The notes: generated from the letters alone by a model not told the origin. 64,000 nucleotides of DNA from Salipiger bermudensis (GCA_964225855.1 CAXQPR010000039.1:8889-72888), one strand, 5' to 3'; shown: positions 20,813-31,705, numbered from the stretch's first letter. Numbers and translations are program-made.

Positions 20813-23122
20813 ATGGTTGCTGCAGTCCTCGACTGGATGATTGAGGATGGTCGGCGTCTGGCCGAATGTCGCCACGACCATCCTTTTTCAATTCTCGGCC
20901 CTCAGCCCACTGACAGTGGCTGGACGGTGCGAGCTTGGATGCCCGAAGCCGACCGGGTGGACTTGGTCGTCAATGGGGAGGTGATCGCCACCCAGACGCC
21001 AAATCACCCCTGGGTGTTTGAGGCTGAGCTGACCCAGGACCCAGGCCAGAGTTATCGCCTGCAGGTCAGCCGTGGGGGCATCAACCACGAGCAACACGAT
21101 CCCTGGGCCTTCCGGGATGAATGGATGGGCGAAATGGATCGCCATCTGTTCGCCCAGGGCAATCACCACCACATCTGGCGCAAGATGGGCGCCCACCTCA
21201 CCACCATTGCCGGTGTGGAGGGTGTGATGTTCTGCCTTTGGGCTCCCCACGCCCGCAGCGTCAGCGTGATCGGGGATCTCAACTCCTGGGACGGCCGCAA
21301 TCACCCCATGCAGCAACGCACGGGCGGCATCTGGGAACTGTTCATTCCTGGGATGCAGGAAGGCGCGCTCTACAAATACGAAATCCGCACCCAAGAGGGG
21401 CACTGCTATCAGAAAGCCGATCCCTACGGCTTCCGCCATGAAGTGCGTCCCGACACCAGCTCCTTGGTGTCCCGACTCGACAACTTCAGCTGGAGCGATA
21501 GCGCCTGGATGTCGGCGCGCGACAGCAGCAACGCCCTGGATCAGCCCATCTCCGTCTACGAGATGCATCTGGGCAGCTGGATCCATGCCGCAGCGGATCA
21601 ACCCTTCATCGAAGCCGACGGCACCCCCCGTGCTCCCGTTCCGGCCGCCGATCTCAAACCCGGCGCCCGTCTGCTCACCTACTCCGAACTGGCTGATCGG
21701 GTGATCCCCTACGTGAAAGCACGAGGATTCACTCACATCGAACTGATGCCGATCACAGAGCATCCGTTTGATGGCTCCTGGGGCTATCAGGTGACGGGTT
21801 GGTACGCCCCCACCAGCCGTTTCGGCAGCCCGGATGAGTTCCGCGCCTTTGTGGATCGATGCCATGCCGAAGGGATCGGCGTGATCATCGACTGGGTTCC
21901 AGGCCACTTCCCAAAGGACAGCCACGGCCTGGCCTTCTTCGATGGAACCCACCTCTACGAGCATGCCGATCCCCGCATCGGCGAGCACAAGGAGTGGGGA
22001 ACGCTGATCTTCAACTACAGCCGCAACGAAGTGCGCAACTTCCTTGTGGCCAACCTCGTGTTCTGGTTCGAACAATTCCACATCGACGGAATCCGCGTGG
22101 ATGCGGTGGCATCAATGCTGTACCGCGACTACCTACGGCCCGACGGTGAATGGCTCCCGAACGAACACGGCGGCCGGGAAAACACCGAAGCGGTGCGCTT
22201 TCTCCAACAGGCCAACCACGTTCTGTTCCAGCACTACCCCGGTGCGCTCTCGATCGCAGAGGAATCCACCACCTGGCCGATGGTGACCCAGCCCACCGAC
22301 ATCGGAGGACTCGGGTTCAACCTGAAATGGAACATGGGCTGGATGCACGACATGCTCGATTACTTCGAGCTGGATCCCTGGTTCCGCCAGTTCCACCAGA
22401 ACAACATCACCTTTTCGATCTGGTACACGTACACCGAGAACTTCATGCTGGCTTTGAGCCACGATGAAGTGGTGCACGGCAAGAGCCATCTCCTCCACAA
22501 GATGCCGGGAGACGATTGGCAGAAATACGCCAACACCCGGGCTCTCCTCGCCTACATGTGGACCCATCCCGGGAAGAAGACCATCTTCATGGGGATGGAA
22601 TTCGGCCAACGAGCCGAGTGGAATGTCTGGGGAGATCTGCAATGGGATCTCCTCCAATACGAACCTCACCAAGGGGTCCAGCGCCTGGTGGACGACCTCA
22701 ATGTCCTCTACAAGGCCGAACCAGCCCTATGGCGCGATGACTTTGATCAATACGGATTCCAATGGATCGACTGCAATGACAACCGCCACTCGGTGATCAG
22801 CTTCATGCGGCGTGAGAGCACCAGCGGCACCTGGCTGGTGGTTGTGGCCAACTTCACCCCCCAAAGCCATGCCCATTACCGCGTTGGTGTGCCCCTGGCC
22901 GGTTTCTATTCAGAGTTGTTCAACACCGATGCCGCCCGTTATGGCGGAAGCAACCTGGGCAACATGGGCGGCAAGCACTCCGAGGAGTGGGGGATTCATG
23001 GCTACGACAACTCCCTCGATCTCTGCCTGCCGCCCCTCAGCGTGATGGTGTTCAAGCACGATCCAAAACGCAGTATCGAGGCAAATGAAGCAGTGAGCGC
23101 CGGTTCAGACCAAGGCTTGTGA
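20813..23122 (+). CDS. glgB: 1,4-alpha-glucan branching enzyme
   Basis: [48 protein letters not shown]. Confidence 0.97.
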   Translation: MVAAVLDWMIEDGRRLAECRHDHPFSILGPQPTDSGWTVRAWMPEADRVDLVVNGEVIATQTPNHPWVFEAELTQDPGQSYRLQVSRGGINHEQHDPWAFRDEWMGEMDRHLFAQGNHHHIWRKMGAHLTTIAGVEGVMFCLWAPHARSVSVIGDLNSWDGRNHPMQQRTGGIWELFIPGMQEGALYKYEIRTQEGHCYQKADPYGFRHEVRPDTSSLVSRLDNFSWSDSAWMSARDSSNALDQPISVYEMHLGSWIHAAADQPFIEADGTPRAPVPAADLKPGARLLTYSELADRVIPYVKARGFTHIELMPITEHPFDGSWGYQVTGWYAPTSRFGSPDEFRAFVDRCHAEGIGVIIDWVPGHFPKDSHGLAFFDGTHLYEHADPRIGEHKEWGTLIFNYSRNEVRNFLVANLVFWFEQFHIDGIRVDAVASMLYRDYLRPDGEWLPNEHGGRENTEAVRFLQQANHVLFQHYPGALSIAEESTTWPMVTQPTDIGGLGFNLKWNMGWMHDMLDYFELDPWFRQFHQNNITFSIWYTYTENFMLALSHDEVVHGKSHLLHKMPGDDWQKYANTRALLAYMWTHPGKKTIFMGMEFGQRAEWNVWGDLQWDLLQYEPHQGVQRLVDDLNVLYKAEPALWRDDFDQYGFQWIDCNDNRHSVISFMRRESTSGTWLVVVANFTPQSHAHYRVGVPLAGFYSELFNTDAARYGGSNLGNMGGKHSEEWGIHGYDNSLDLCLPPLSVMVFKHDPKRSIEANEAVSAGSDQGL

Positions 23123-23203
23123 AGAACCCGTTGCCTTCAGGGGGAGATCGGTCTAAGCACCTGGTTCTCTCAGTTAGGTTGCCGGCTTGATCTCCACTTC
23201 CTG

Positions 23204-24262
23204 ATGAGCGACTCCCTGCCCCTGCTGCTGCGTGCTGCCCGCGGAGAGGCTGTCGAGCGTCCCCCGGTGTGGATGATGCGCCAGGCCGGCCGGTACATGA
23301 AGATCTACCGGGACCTGCGCGACAAGTACCCCAGCTTCCGCGAGCGCTCCGAGAACCCTGATCTCTCTTATGAGATCTCGATGCAGCCCTTCAACGCCTT
23401 CAAACCCGATGGCGTGATCCTGTTCTCCGACATCCTCACTCCCCTTCCCGGCATGGGGATCGATTTCGACATCATCGAGAGCAAGGGTCCCCAGATTGGC
23501 GATCCGATCCGCAGCATGGCCCAAGTGGATGCTCTGCGTCCTCTCAACCCCGCTGAGTCGATGCCCTTCGTGGGTGAAGTGCTGGGTCGACTGCGCCAGA
23601 GCGTTGGCAATGAGGCCGCCGTTCTGGGCTTCGTGGGTGCTCCCTGGACTCTGGCCGCCTACGTCGTCGAAGGCAAAAGCAGCAAGAACTACGCGGTGAT
23701 CAAGGCCATGGCCTTCCGCGAACCAGACATCCTGCACAAACTGCTCGATCACTTCGCTGAGTCGATCGCCAACTACCTGCGTTACCAGATCGATTCCGGT
23801 GCCCAGGTGGTGCAGATGTTCGACTCCTGGGCGGGTCAGCTCAGCCCTGCCGACTACGACACCTTTGCGGCGCCTTATCAGAAGAAAGTGGTGGACCTGG
23901 TCAAGCAGACCCATCCCGACACCCCGTTCATCCTCTACATCTCAGGCAGTGCCGGGGTGATCGAGCGCATGGCCAACACCGGTGTCGACATCGTGTCCCT
24001 CGACTGGACCGTGGACATGGCCGAGGCTCTGGCTCGCCTGCCCGAGCACATCGGCGTTCAGGGCAATGTCGATCCCGGCCTGCTGTTCGGTTCCCCCGAA
24101 GCGATTGAAGCCCGCATCGATGATTGTGTGCGTAAGGCCCGCGGCCGCAAGCACATCCTCAACCTGGGCCACGGCATCCTGCCTGGCACCCCCGAGGAGA
24201 ATGGTGCAGCCTTCTTCCGCTCTGGCAAGAGCGTGATGGATCGCCTCGGCGCCCTCGCCTGA
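23204..24262 (+). CDS. hemE: Uroporphyrinogen decarboxylase
   Basis: [27 protein letters not shown]. Confidence 0.97.
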   Translation: MSDSLPLLLRAARGEAVERPPVWMMRQAGRYMKIYRDLRDKYPSFRERSENPDLSYEISMQPFNAFKPDGVILFSDILTPLPGMGIDFDIIESKGPQIGDPIRSMAQVDALRPLNPAESMPFVGEVLGRLRQSVGNEAAVLGFVGAPWTLAAYVVEGKSSKNYAVIKAMAFREPDILHKLLDHFAESIANYLRYQIDSGAQVVQMFDSWAGQLSPADYDTFAAPYQKKVVDLVKQTHPDTPFILYISGSAGVIERMANTGVDIVSLDWTVDMAEALARLPEHIGVQGNVDPGLLFGSPEAIEARIDDCVRKARGRKHILNLGHGILPGTPEENGAAFFRSGKSVMDRLGALA

Positions 24263-24286
24263 GCCCCACTCCCACCGGCCTAACCC

Positions 24287-25288
24287 TTGACCAACACACC
24301 CGCTCGGATCCTGATCACCGGAGCCAGCGGCTGCGTTGGTCAATACACCGCATCCTGGTTGCTGGAGCATTCCGACGCCGAGCTCCTGCTCTGGCTGAGG
24401 GATCCCAGCAAGCTCTCAGCCGTCTCGGCGGATCATCCGAGAGTGCATCTTTTGGTCGGGGATTTACGCGACAGCGACCGTTTTGCCACCGAACTGGCCA
24501 CGGTGAATCGGGTCATCCACACGGCTACCGCCTGGGGGGACCCTGAACGGGCGCAACAGGTGAATGTGGTGGCCGTGAAGCGAATGCTCAGCCTGCTCGA
24601 CCCGAGCAAACTGCAACAGGTGGTGTATTTCTCCACCGCCAGCATTCTCGATCGGCATCTGCAACCGCTGCCGGAAGCCCTGGCCTACGGCACGGAATAC
24701 ATTCAAACCAAGGCGCAATGCCTTCAAGAGCTGGAACGCCACCCGCTGGCCGAGCGGATTGTGGCCGTGTTCCCCACCCTGGTGTTCGGCGGAAGGGTCG
24801 ATGGCACCAGCAGCTTCCCCACCAGTTATCTCACCGAAGGACTGGCCGAAGCGAGCAAATGGCTCTGGCTGGCCCGCTTCCTGCGGGCTGATGCCAGCTT
24901 CCACTTCATCCATGCCGCAGACATCGCAGCGATCTGCGGTGCCCTGGCCACCCGCCCCCACGTGCTGAACCGCACGCCCGGTCAGGGGGCGATTCGCCGC
25001 ATCGTGATGGGCCAGAAAGCGATCAGCGTTAATGAAGCGGTGGCCACCCTTTGCCGTTGGCGCGGCGTGGCACGCACGCCCGGAATTCCGCTTTGGGCCT
25101 GGTTGATCGAAGGGCTGATCCGGATTCTTCCCATCGAGGTCAATGCCTGGGATCGTTTCAGCATCCGCCAGCGGCATTTCATCCATGATCCGGTGACCCA
25201 ACCTGAAGCCTTCGGACTGACCAGCCATGGCCCCAACCTTGAAGCTGTGCTTCAAGACTCCGGACTTCCCTGCCGAGGCAAGGCCTGA
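24287..25288 (+). CDS. NAD-dependent epimerase/dehydratase
   Basis: ITGASGCVG Rossmann motif, YIQTK (YxxxK). Confidence 0.88.
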   Translation: MTNTPARILITGASGCVGQYTASWLLEHSDAELLLWLRDPSKLSAVSADHPRVHLLVGDLRDSDRFATELATVNRVIHTATAWGDPERAQQVNVVAVKRMLSLLDPSKLQQVVYFSTASILDRHLQPLPEALAYGTEYIQTKAQCLQELERHPLAERIVAVFPTLVFGGRVDGTSSFPTSYLTEGLAEASKWLWLARFLRADASFHFIHAADIAAICGALATRPHVLNRTPGQGAIRRIVMGQKAISVNEAVATLCRWRGVARTPGIPLWAWLIEGLIRILPIEVNAWDRFSIRQRHFIHDPVTQPEAFGLTSHGPNLEAVLQDSGLPCRGKA

Positions 25289-25323
25289 TTGGCGTTAAAG
25301 TGTCCCGCAGTGTCAATGACGTG

Positions 25324-25683
25324 ATGATCAATCGTCTGCGCTCCCTTTTCTCAGCCTGCATCGCCCTCGCCCTGGTGATCGGCCTTGGCGTGGCTTCCGC
25401 CAACGCCGCCACCGTTGAAGTCAAGCTCGGCTCCGATTCCGGCATGCTGGCCTTCGAGCCCAGCACCGTGAACATCAAAGCTGGCGACACCATCAAGTTC
25501 GTCAACAACAAGATGGCTCCCCACAACGCCGTCTTCGATGGCCACGATGAGCTCAGCCACTCCGACCTCGCTTTCGCTCCCGGTGAATCCTGGGAAGAGA
25601 CCTTCTCAACCGCTGGCACCTACGACTTCTACTGCGAGCCCCACCGTGGCGCTGGCATGGTTGGCAAGGTGATCGTCGAGTGA
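25324..25683 (+). CDS. petE: Plastocyanin
   Basis: Signal peptide; Cu ligands in PHNAVF and [10 protein letters not shown]. Confidence 0.97.
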   Translation: MINRLRSLFSACIALALVIGLGVASANAATVEVKLGSDSGMLAFEPSTVNIKAGDTIKFVNNKMAPHNAVFDGHDELSHSDLAFAPGESWEETFSTAGTYDFYCEPHRGAGMVGKVIVE

Positions 25684-25716
25684 TCGACTGAATCATTCAT
25701 CAATAAGCAATCTTCA

Positions 25717-25748
25717 CCAGGTGGTCTCCGGATCACCTGGTTTTTTTT
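25717..25748 (+). terminator. Rho-independent terminator after petE
   Basis: CCAGGTGGTC-TCCG-GATCACCTGG stem (one G-U) followed by T8. Confidence 0.9.
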
Positions 25749-25843
25749 GTCTGAACAGCCATCCGTTTCAGAAGCGCGATCCGCCCCTTCACATCGGATT
25801 CAGTCTGGATAGGGTGTGGCCCACAAGGCCGAGTCAAGCAGCC

Positions 25844-26209
25844 ATGCCGCGACCAGAACGGATCCTTCCTTTGGTACTCGTGCTGGTGATCGGGCTCATC
25901 GGCGCGCTGCCAGCGACTGCATCTCTGGCCAGCCCCGATCCCGGCAATGGAAGCCAGATCTTTTCAACCAACTGCGCGGCTTGCCATATGGGTGGCGGCA
26001 ATGTAATCCGGGCGAGCCGCACCTTGAGCCAGGCCGATCTTCAGGCCCATCTCGATTCCTACAGCCAGGATCACCTGGAAGCGATCGAGCATCAGATCGA
26101 AGCTGGGAAAAATGCCATGCCCCCTTACCAAGGCAAACTCAGCGACGATGACATTGCTGATGTCGCGGCCTATGTGGAAGAGCAGGCCGAGCGGGGTTGG
26201 CAGCGATGA
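25844..26209 (+). CDS. petJ: Cytochrome c6
   Basis: Signal peptide, CAACH, GGGN, HQIEAGKNAMP (conserved Gln and axial Met). Confidence 0.9.
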   Translation: MPRPERILPLVLVLVIGLIGALPATASLASPDPGNGSQIFSTNCAACHMGGGNVIRASRTLSQADLQAHLDSYSQDHLEAIEHQIEAGKNAMPPYQGKLSDDDIADVAAYVEEQAERGWQR

Positions 26210-26409
26210 GCCGCCAGGGCTTCAAGGATTTTGTCCATGCTCTGGAACACAGTTCCTCCCTGCGGCGCCAACTCCACCAGCTGGCATCGATCGATGCTGT
26301 CGTGAGTTTGGCCAGAGATAACGGTTTTGCCGTGAGCGAATCAGATTTTCAGGATGACGCCCGTTGCGACCAGATCGAGCGCTGGTTTGCCAACAGCTGG
26401 ATTTCCTGA
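26206..26409 (+). CDS. Nif11-like domain protein
   Basis: F...LE....LR..L.......VV.LA...GF.....D pattern; ATGA overlap with petJ. Confidence 0.8.
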   Translation: MSRQGFKDFVHALEHSSSLRRQLHQLASIDAVVSLARDNGFAVSESDFQDDARCDQIERWFANSWIS

Positions 26410-26424
26410 TCCATCCCATCGCCA

Positions 26425-26904
26425 TCAATCAGAGCTTTGATCTGCGGACGGTCTCTGGCCAGCACAGGCCAAGCATCCGCCATTGATGCGATACGGCGCC
26501 AGGTGGTCTCTGAGGCAGCGGGTGCCACGAAAAAACAACACCTGCCCTTGTTCACGGGCGTGGGCATCGGTGAGTGGCAGTTTCAACCAACTATCGGGAA
26601 CCTTGCCCTTCAGATCGGCACGGCGTTGCTCTGCATCCCTCCGGCGCTGCCGTTCCTCACGGTCGTTCTTCGCACAGACCGCTTCCACCTGAAGCTCCTT
26701 AGAGCAGTCCAGACACGCTGTGACCACTGGCTTCTTCCTAGCTGTGTTGTGGGAGAGCTTGTCCCCGGGAACCTCCCGCTCCCGTCCACAGCTGCAGCGA
26801 CACCACCAAAAGGCATTGCCGCTTTTCGTTCGTCGATCCGACAGCCGCACCACCGTCAGCTGGCCGTAGACCTCGCCGACACGGTTGCGGGGCTTCGATG
26901 GCAT
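26425..26904 (-). CDS. Cys-rich putative zinc-binding protein with phage HNH/AP2-type N-terminal module
   Basis: GEVYGQLTVV...WWCRCSCG, CLDC, RCLRDH...GGCLAC. Confidence 0.75.
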   Translation of the reverse strand: MPSKPRNRVGEVYGQLTVVRLSDRRTKSGNAFWWCRCSCGREREVPGDKLSHNTARKKPVVTACLDCSKELQVEAVCAKNDREERQRRRDAEQRRADLKGKVPDSWLKLPLTDAHAREQGQVLFFRGTRCLRDHLAPYRINGGCLACAGQRPSADQSSD

Positions 26905-27010
26905 TGAGGTGGCGGCTGCTCACCCACACAGTCGCATGACTCTTGGGCAGTGCAGTCGACGACAAGGCCCACCCGTGAAGACACAGACTTGTGCTTTCGC
27001 CGCCTTCGAG

Positions 27011-27406
27011 ATGGCTGTGGTGACCCTGCTGAGTGACTTCGTGGATGGCACCTGCATGGCGCTAAGCGAAGACACCGATGCCAAAGATCTCAACGCCTAC
27101 ATGACCCAGTCGCCTGGACAGCTCTGGGCAGGCGTGCAACAGCGGCGGCGGGCCCGGGGGCTGACGCGGGAACGCCGTGGTCCAGGCACTCTCTACTACG
27201 CCAGCAACGACGCAGACCATGCCCTGGTGACGGCCTATCTGCAGAGCGAAACGGGGTCTGAGCAAGAGCGCCAATGCCTTGACGCCCTGCGCACTGCAGG
27301 GGTTGAGATGGCCCCCCATGTGGGTGAAGCCGCTGAACGGGAGGCACTGCTCAAGGGACAGCACAGAAATCTCACCCGCCAAGCCCAGGCCAAGGGCTTC
27401 GGCTGA
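27011..27406 (+). CDS. Conserved hypothetical protein
   Basis: ATG at 27011 in frame with track ORF; host-like codon usage. Confidence 0.7.
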   Translation: MAVVTLLSDFVDGTCMALSEDTDAKDLNAYMTQSPGQLWAGVQQRRRARGLTRERRGPGTLYYASNDADHALVTAYLQSETGSEQERQCLDALRTAGVEMAPHVGEAAEREALLKGQHRNLTRQAQAKGFG

Positions 27407-27431
27407 GGAGCAGATGCTGGATCATGGAGCG

Positions 27432-27746
27432 ATGAGCGACGACACATCCCAGACGCATCCCCTCTACGCCACCGACCGCGAGGTGGTGGATTCCCTGCTT
27501 GGTCATCAAGGGGAACCAGGTCCTGACCAGCTGACCCATGCCGCCCGGTTGCTGATGCGCTACGACGGCTTCCCAGGATCCCCTGACATCCAAACCGACC
27601 TGGAGCGGGCCATCAAAGGCTGGGGGCTGGAGCGGGAAACTCTCAACACCAGATGCCGAGAGATCTGGGCTTCCGGCTGGCGACCGGGGCAGGATGCCGG
27701 CGACTCCGTTGGCTCGGGTGCCGACGTGGAGGACACGGGCAGCTGA
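27432..27746 (+). CDS. DUF3288 family protein
   Basis: QTHPLY..DR, ARLLMRY.GFPG, W.L....LN...R.IW. Confidence 0.85.
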   Translation: MSDDTSQTHPLYATDREVVDSLLGHQGEPGPDQLTHAARLLMRYDGFPGSPDIQTDLERAIKGWGLERETLNTRCREIWASGWRPGQDAGDSVGSGADVEDTGS

Positions 27747-27777
27747 TCAGTGGAAGTTGCCCCAGGTCGGGGCTCCT

Positions 27778-27909
27778 TCAGACCGGTTTAGGAGAATGCC
27801 CTTTCTGCTGATGCGCTTTTTTCAGGAGGGGCTCCGAGGAGGGTTGGGTGATCAGCCGCATCCCTGATTTGACGAAGTCCTTGCCCAGATCAGTCGGTTT
27901 GATGCCCAT
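27778..27909 (-). CDS. Small protein, 43 aa ([23 protein letters not shown]...), below the ORF-track cutoff
   Basis: ATG..TGA read by hand; GAGGG just upstream; fills an otherwise empty gap. Confidence 0.55.
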   Translation of the reverse strand: MGIKPTDLGKDFVKSGMRLITQPSSEPLLKKAHQQKGHSPKPV

Positions 27910-27972
27910 GGGAATCCCTCGCAACTGCCTTTGTCTTAGCTCCGGTTGCTCCAGACCGAACGAAACTCCTGA

Positions 27973-28182
27973 TCAGCGCCTGCAGGCTTCCAGCACAGCC
28001 AAATAGAGGTTTTCATCAACCTCCCGGATGTCGTACTCCGTCGGCATCGCCTTGTGATGGTGTTCATGCACCACCGTCCAGCACATGCGTTCGAGATCGG
28101 AAGGGGAAGGGCCGTAAAGCTCGGCCACACGATCCACAAGGGACTGCACCAGTGCTGCATCCACTGAGATTTCGTCCGCCAT
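27973..28182 (-). CDS. Small hypothetical protein, 69 aa
   Basis: Compact ORF with CW.VVHEHHH..MP.EYDIRE motif, divergent from clpB. Confidence 0.7.
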   Translation of the reverse strand: MADEISVDAALVQSLVDRVAELYGPSPSDLERMCWTVVHEHHHKAMPTEYDIREVDENLYLAVLEACRR

Positions 28183-28194
28183 GCCAAGGAATCC

Positions 28195-28210
28195 GGTCGG
28201 CTGACCCTAC
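28195..28210 (+). promoter_or_regulatory. K-box-like element upstream of clpB
   Basis: GGTCGG-CTGA-CCCTAC versus cyanobacterial chaperone K-box consensus GTTCGG-NNAN-CCNNAC (2 mismatches). Confidence 0.4.
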
Positions 28211-28325
28211 CGATTCAGGCCGGTTACCCGCAGGCTGGCGTACAGACCGAACGATGGGGATCGGTTCTCCCCTCCACGGACCAGGTCAATCGGCATACGG
28301 TTTGGTCAACCGAGCGAAGACAACC

Positions 28326-30959
28326 ATGCAACCAACAGCAGAGCTGTTTACCGAAAAAGCCTGGGGCGCAATCGTGGCCGCCCAGCAGCTGGCCCAAAGC
28401 CATCGCCATCAACAACTGGAAAGCGAGCACCTGTTCCTCGCCCTGTTGGAGCAAAACGGTCTTGCCGGACGCATTCTCGAGAAAGCCGGTGTTTCGCCAC
28501 CCGAGCTCCAAGCCGTTGTGGAGCAGCACCTGCGCCAACAACCCGCGCTTCAGAACCGCCCTGAGTCGGTGTATCTGGGCAAAGGCCTCAGTGATCTGCT
28601 CGACCGCGCTGATGCCCTCAAGCAGGGCTACGGCGACAGCTTCATTGCCATTGAGCACCTCGTGCTCGCCCTGGCCGACGATCCCCGTTGCGGAAAGCGC
28701 CTGCTCAATCAGGTGGGTGCTGATGCAACATCCCTGAAAACCGCCATTGATGCCGTGCGCGGCAGCCAGACCGTGACTGACCAAAACCCTGAGGGCACCT
28801 ACGAATCCCTGGAGAAATACGGCCGCGATCTCACCGCCGCCGCCCGCGACGGCAAACTCGACCCGGTGATCGGCCGCGACGAGGAAATCCGGCGCACGAT
28901 TCAGATCCTCAGCCGCCGCACCAAAAACAATCCGGTGCTGATCGGTGAACCCGGGGTTGGTAAAACCGCAATCGTGGAAGGTCTGGCTCAGAGGATCGTC
29001 AACGGCGACGTTCCCCAGGCGTTGCAGAACCGACAGCTCATCGCCCTCGACATGGGCTCACTGATCGCCGGTGCCAAATATCGGGGCGAATTCGAAGAAC
29101 GGCTCAAGGCCGTGCTGAAGGAGGTGACCTCCTCTGAAGGCCGGATTGTGCTGTTCATCGACGAGATCCACACCGTGGTGGGCGCTGGTGCCACCGGTGG
29201 TGCCATGGATGCCAGCAACCTGCTCAAACCAATGCTGGCCCGGGGAGAACTGCGCTGCATCGGCGCCACCACCCTGGATGAGCACCGCCAACACATCGAA
29301 AAAGACCCTGCCTTGGAGCGTCGCTTCCAGCAGGTGCTGGTGGATCAACCCACCGTGGAAGACACCATTTCAATTCTGCGCGGCCTGAAGGAGCGCTACG
29401 AAGTGCACCACGGCGTGCGCATCGCCGACAGCGCCCTGGTGGCTGCCGCTGTGCTGAGCACGCGCTACATCGCCGATCGTTTCCTGCCCGACAAAGCGAT
29501 TGACCTGGTCGATGAATCCGCTGCCCGGCTGAAGATGGAGATCACCTCCAAACCGGAGGAGATCGATGAGATCGACCGCAAGATTCTCCAACTGGAGATG
29601 GAAAAGCTCTCCCTCGGCCGCGAATCGGATGCCGCCAGCCAGGAGCGTCTCGAGCGCCTTGAGCGCGAACTCGCGGATCTCTCCGAACAGCAGAGCACCC
29701 TCAACGCCCAATGGCAGCAGGAGAAAGGCGCCATCGATGAACTCTCCAACCTCAAGGAAGAGATCGAACGGGTGCAACTGCAGGTGGAGCAGGCGAAACG
29801 CAGCTACGACCTCAACAAGGCAGCCGAATTGGAATACGGCACCCTGGCCGGGCTCCAGAAGCAGCTTGCCGATCAGGAGGCAGCGCTTGCGGCAGCAAAC
29901 GAGGGCGGGCAGGACAAATCCCTGTTAAGGGAGGAAGTCACGGAAGACGACATCGCCGAAGTGATCGCCAAGTGGACGGGCATCCCCGTGGCCAAATTGG
30001 TGCAATCGGAGATGGAGAAGCTGCTCAGTCTCGAGAGTCAGCTGCATGAGCGGGTGGTGGGTCAGCAGCAAGCCGTGACCGCTGTAGCCGATGCGATCCA
30101 GCGTTCACGCGCCGGCCTCAGTGACCCCAACCGGCCGATCGCCAGCTTTCTGTTCCTCGGCCCCACAGGCGTGGGCAAAACCGAACTCTCCAAAGCCCTT
30201 GCGGCCCAGCTGTTCGACAGCGACGACGCCATGGTGCGCATCGACATGTCGGAATACATGGAGAAGCACAGCGTCAGCCGTTTGATCGGTGCCCCTCCGG
30301 GCTACGTGGGCTACGAAGCCGGCGGGCAGCTGACCGAATCCGTGCGGCGTCGCCCCTACGCGGTGATCCTGTTCGACGAGGTGGAGAAAGCTCACCCGGA
30401 TGTGTTCAACGTGATGCTGCAGATCCTCGATGACGGGCGCGTCACGGATGGGCAGGGGCGCACGGTGGATTTCACCAATGCGGTGCTGATTCTCACCAGC
30501 AACATCGGCAGCCAGTCGATCCTCGATCTGGGCGGCGACGACAGCCAGCACAGCGAAATGGAGCGGCGAGTGAATGAGGCGCTCCGGGCCCATTTCCGGC
30601 CCGAATTCCTCAACCGCCTGGATGACCAGATCATCTTCCACAGCCTGCGGCGCGAGGAGTTGCGCCAGATCGTGAGCCTGCAGGTGGAACGGCTCCGCCA
30701 GCGCCTCAGCGATCGCAAGCTCAGCCTCACCATCAGCGAGGGGGCGACCGATTGGCTGGCCAACGCGGGCTACGACCCTGTGTATGGCGCACGGCCGCTG
30801 AAGCGAGCGATTCAGCGCGAACTGGAGACGCCAATTGCCAAGGCCATCCTTGGTGGTCGCTACAGCGAAGGAGCCACCGTTGCAGTGGATGCCATCGACA
30901 TCGCCAGTGATGCCGGCAGCACTGATGGCGATGGGCAAAGGCAACTGGTGCTGCGTTGA
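28326..30959 (+). CDS. clpB: ATP-dependent chaperone ClpB
   Basis: Two AAA+ modules ([16 protein letters not shown]), coiled-coil middle domain, GARPLKR; ATG at 28326. Confidence 0.97.
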   Translation: MQPTAELFTEKAWGAIVAAQQLAQSHRHQQLESEHLFLALLEQNGLAGRILEKAGVSPPELQAVVEQHLRQQPALQNRPESVYLGKGLSDLLDRADALKQGYGDSFIAIEHLVLALADDPRCGKRLLNQVGADATSLKTAIDAVRGSQTVTDQNPEGTYESLEKYGRDLTAAARDGKLDPVIGRDEEIRRTIQILSRRTKNNPVLIGEPGVGKTAIVEGLAQRIVNGDVPQALQNRQLIALDMGSLIAGAKYRGEFEERLKAVLKEVTSSEGRIVLFIDEIHTVVGAGATGGAMDASNLLKPMLARGELRCIGATTLDEHRQHIEKDPALERRFQQVLVDQPTVEDTISILRGLKERYEVHHGVRIADSALVAAAVLSTRYIADRFLPDKAIDLVDESAARLKMEITSKPEEIDEIDRKILQLEMEKLSLGRESDAASQERLERLERELADLSEQQSTLNAQWQQEKGAIDELSNLKEEIERVQLQVEQAKRSYDLNKAAELEYGTLAGLQKQLADQEAALAAANEGGQDKSLLREEVTEDDIAEVIAKWTGIPVAKLVQSEMEKLLSLESQLHERVVGQQQAVTAVADAIQRSRAGLSDPNRPIASFLFLGPTGVGKTELSKALAAQLFDSDDAMVRIDMSEYMEKHSVSRLIGAPPGYVGYEAGGQLTESVRRRPYAVILFDEVEKAHPDVFNVMLQILDDGRVTDGQGRTVDFTNAVLILTSNIGSQSILDLGGDDSQHSEMERRVNEALRAHFRPEFLNRLDDQIIFHSLRREELRQIVSLQVERLRQRLSDRKLSLTISEGATDWLANAGYDPVYGARPLKRAIQRELETPIAKAILGGRYSEGATVAVDAIDIASDAGSTDGDGQRQLVLR

Positions 30960-31472
30960 TCAGGCCGCCAGGGTGTTGAACCAATCCGGCAATGCTTCGA
31001 AGCAGGCGCCATTGGCCCGGTTTTCCCGGGCCTCCACTTTCCAGCAGCAGCTGCGACCTCCATCCCTCTCCTGCAGAAGGGCATTGGTCCAGGTCCACAC
31101 CAACTGGGCAGTGGATTCCATACCCACGTTGTGCATCACCCGCAGATCCAGAGCACCCAACCCATGGAGCCGCTGCCACTCTGCGAGCAGCGGGTCGTCG
31201 GCATTGACCAGAAAAGTGTGATCAAACTGATCACGCAACTGCTGCTCCAGTGGGCGCAGGCTGGAGAAATCCACCACGAAACCACAGGGATCCAAGGCGT
31301 TCGCTGCAAACCACATCGTGAAGCTGCGGCTGTAGCCGTGAACAAACCGGCAGTGACCGGGATGCTGCCACTGGCGATGACAGCAGGGATACCCCTCGAA
31401 CTGCTTGCTGCAGGTGAAAACAGGTAATGCGTCGACTCGCCTGTAAGGGGCAGGAGTCTGATTTCGGTTCAC
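30960..31472 (-). CDS. queD: 6-carboxytetrahydropterin synthase / PTPS family
   Basis: CCHRQW, HCRFVHGY, FVVDF, FDHT, ESTA; start uncertain (GTG 31472 or ATG 31538). Confidence 0.85.
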   Translation of the reverse strand: MNRNQTPAPYRRVDALPVFTCSKQFEGYPCCHRQWQHPGHCRFVHGYSRSFTMWFAANALDPCGFVVDFSSLRPLEQQLRDQFDHTFLVNADDPLLAEWQRLHGLGALDLRVMHNVGMESTAQLVWTWTNALLQERDGGRSCCWKVEARENRANGACFEALPDWFNTLAA

Positions 31473-31534
31473 GTTTGATCTAGCGCAGGTCCTTGCGCAA
31501 ATCCCTTGCCCCCACCATGGCACTTCAGATCGAT

Positions 31535-31705
31535 GCAATGCCGCAACAGGTCAGGGTGCGGCTGAACTCAGCTGACGCCAAAAAAGACAGTGGGGAGACA
31601 GTGCTCTTCTGATCGATTAGCGGATCAATTGACAGAACGACAAAGGCGCCAGTCCACTCAGCCCACCCCCCGCGCGCCGGTTTGCAGAACGGGGGTCGGC
31701 ATTGC
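31535..31705. other. Nested inverted-repeat element (candidate structured RNA) between queD and hisIE
   Basis: GCAATGCCG/CGGCATTGC; GGGTG(C)GGCTGA/TCAGCCCACCC; CTGACGCC/GGCGCCAG; TTCTG/CAGAA, all nested in order. Confidence 0.45.

Noticed and set aside
26206-26409. Prochlorosin/lanthipeptide cluster
   Set aside because: No double-glycine site, core peptide, synthetase or peptidase-transporter nearby.
28152-28325. N-terminal extensions in track ORFs (clpB, hisIE, petJ, Nif11-cupin, DUF2214)
   Set aside because: Artefacts of calling the longest ORF; family homology begins at downstream starts.
31545-31570. SRP RNA, suggested by a GGTCAGG motif
   Set aside because: Lacks the GNRA tetraloop and AGCAG partner of SRP helix 8.
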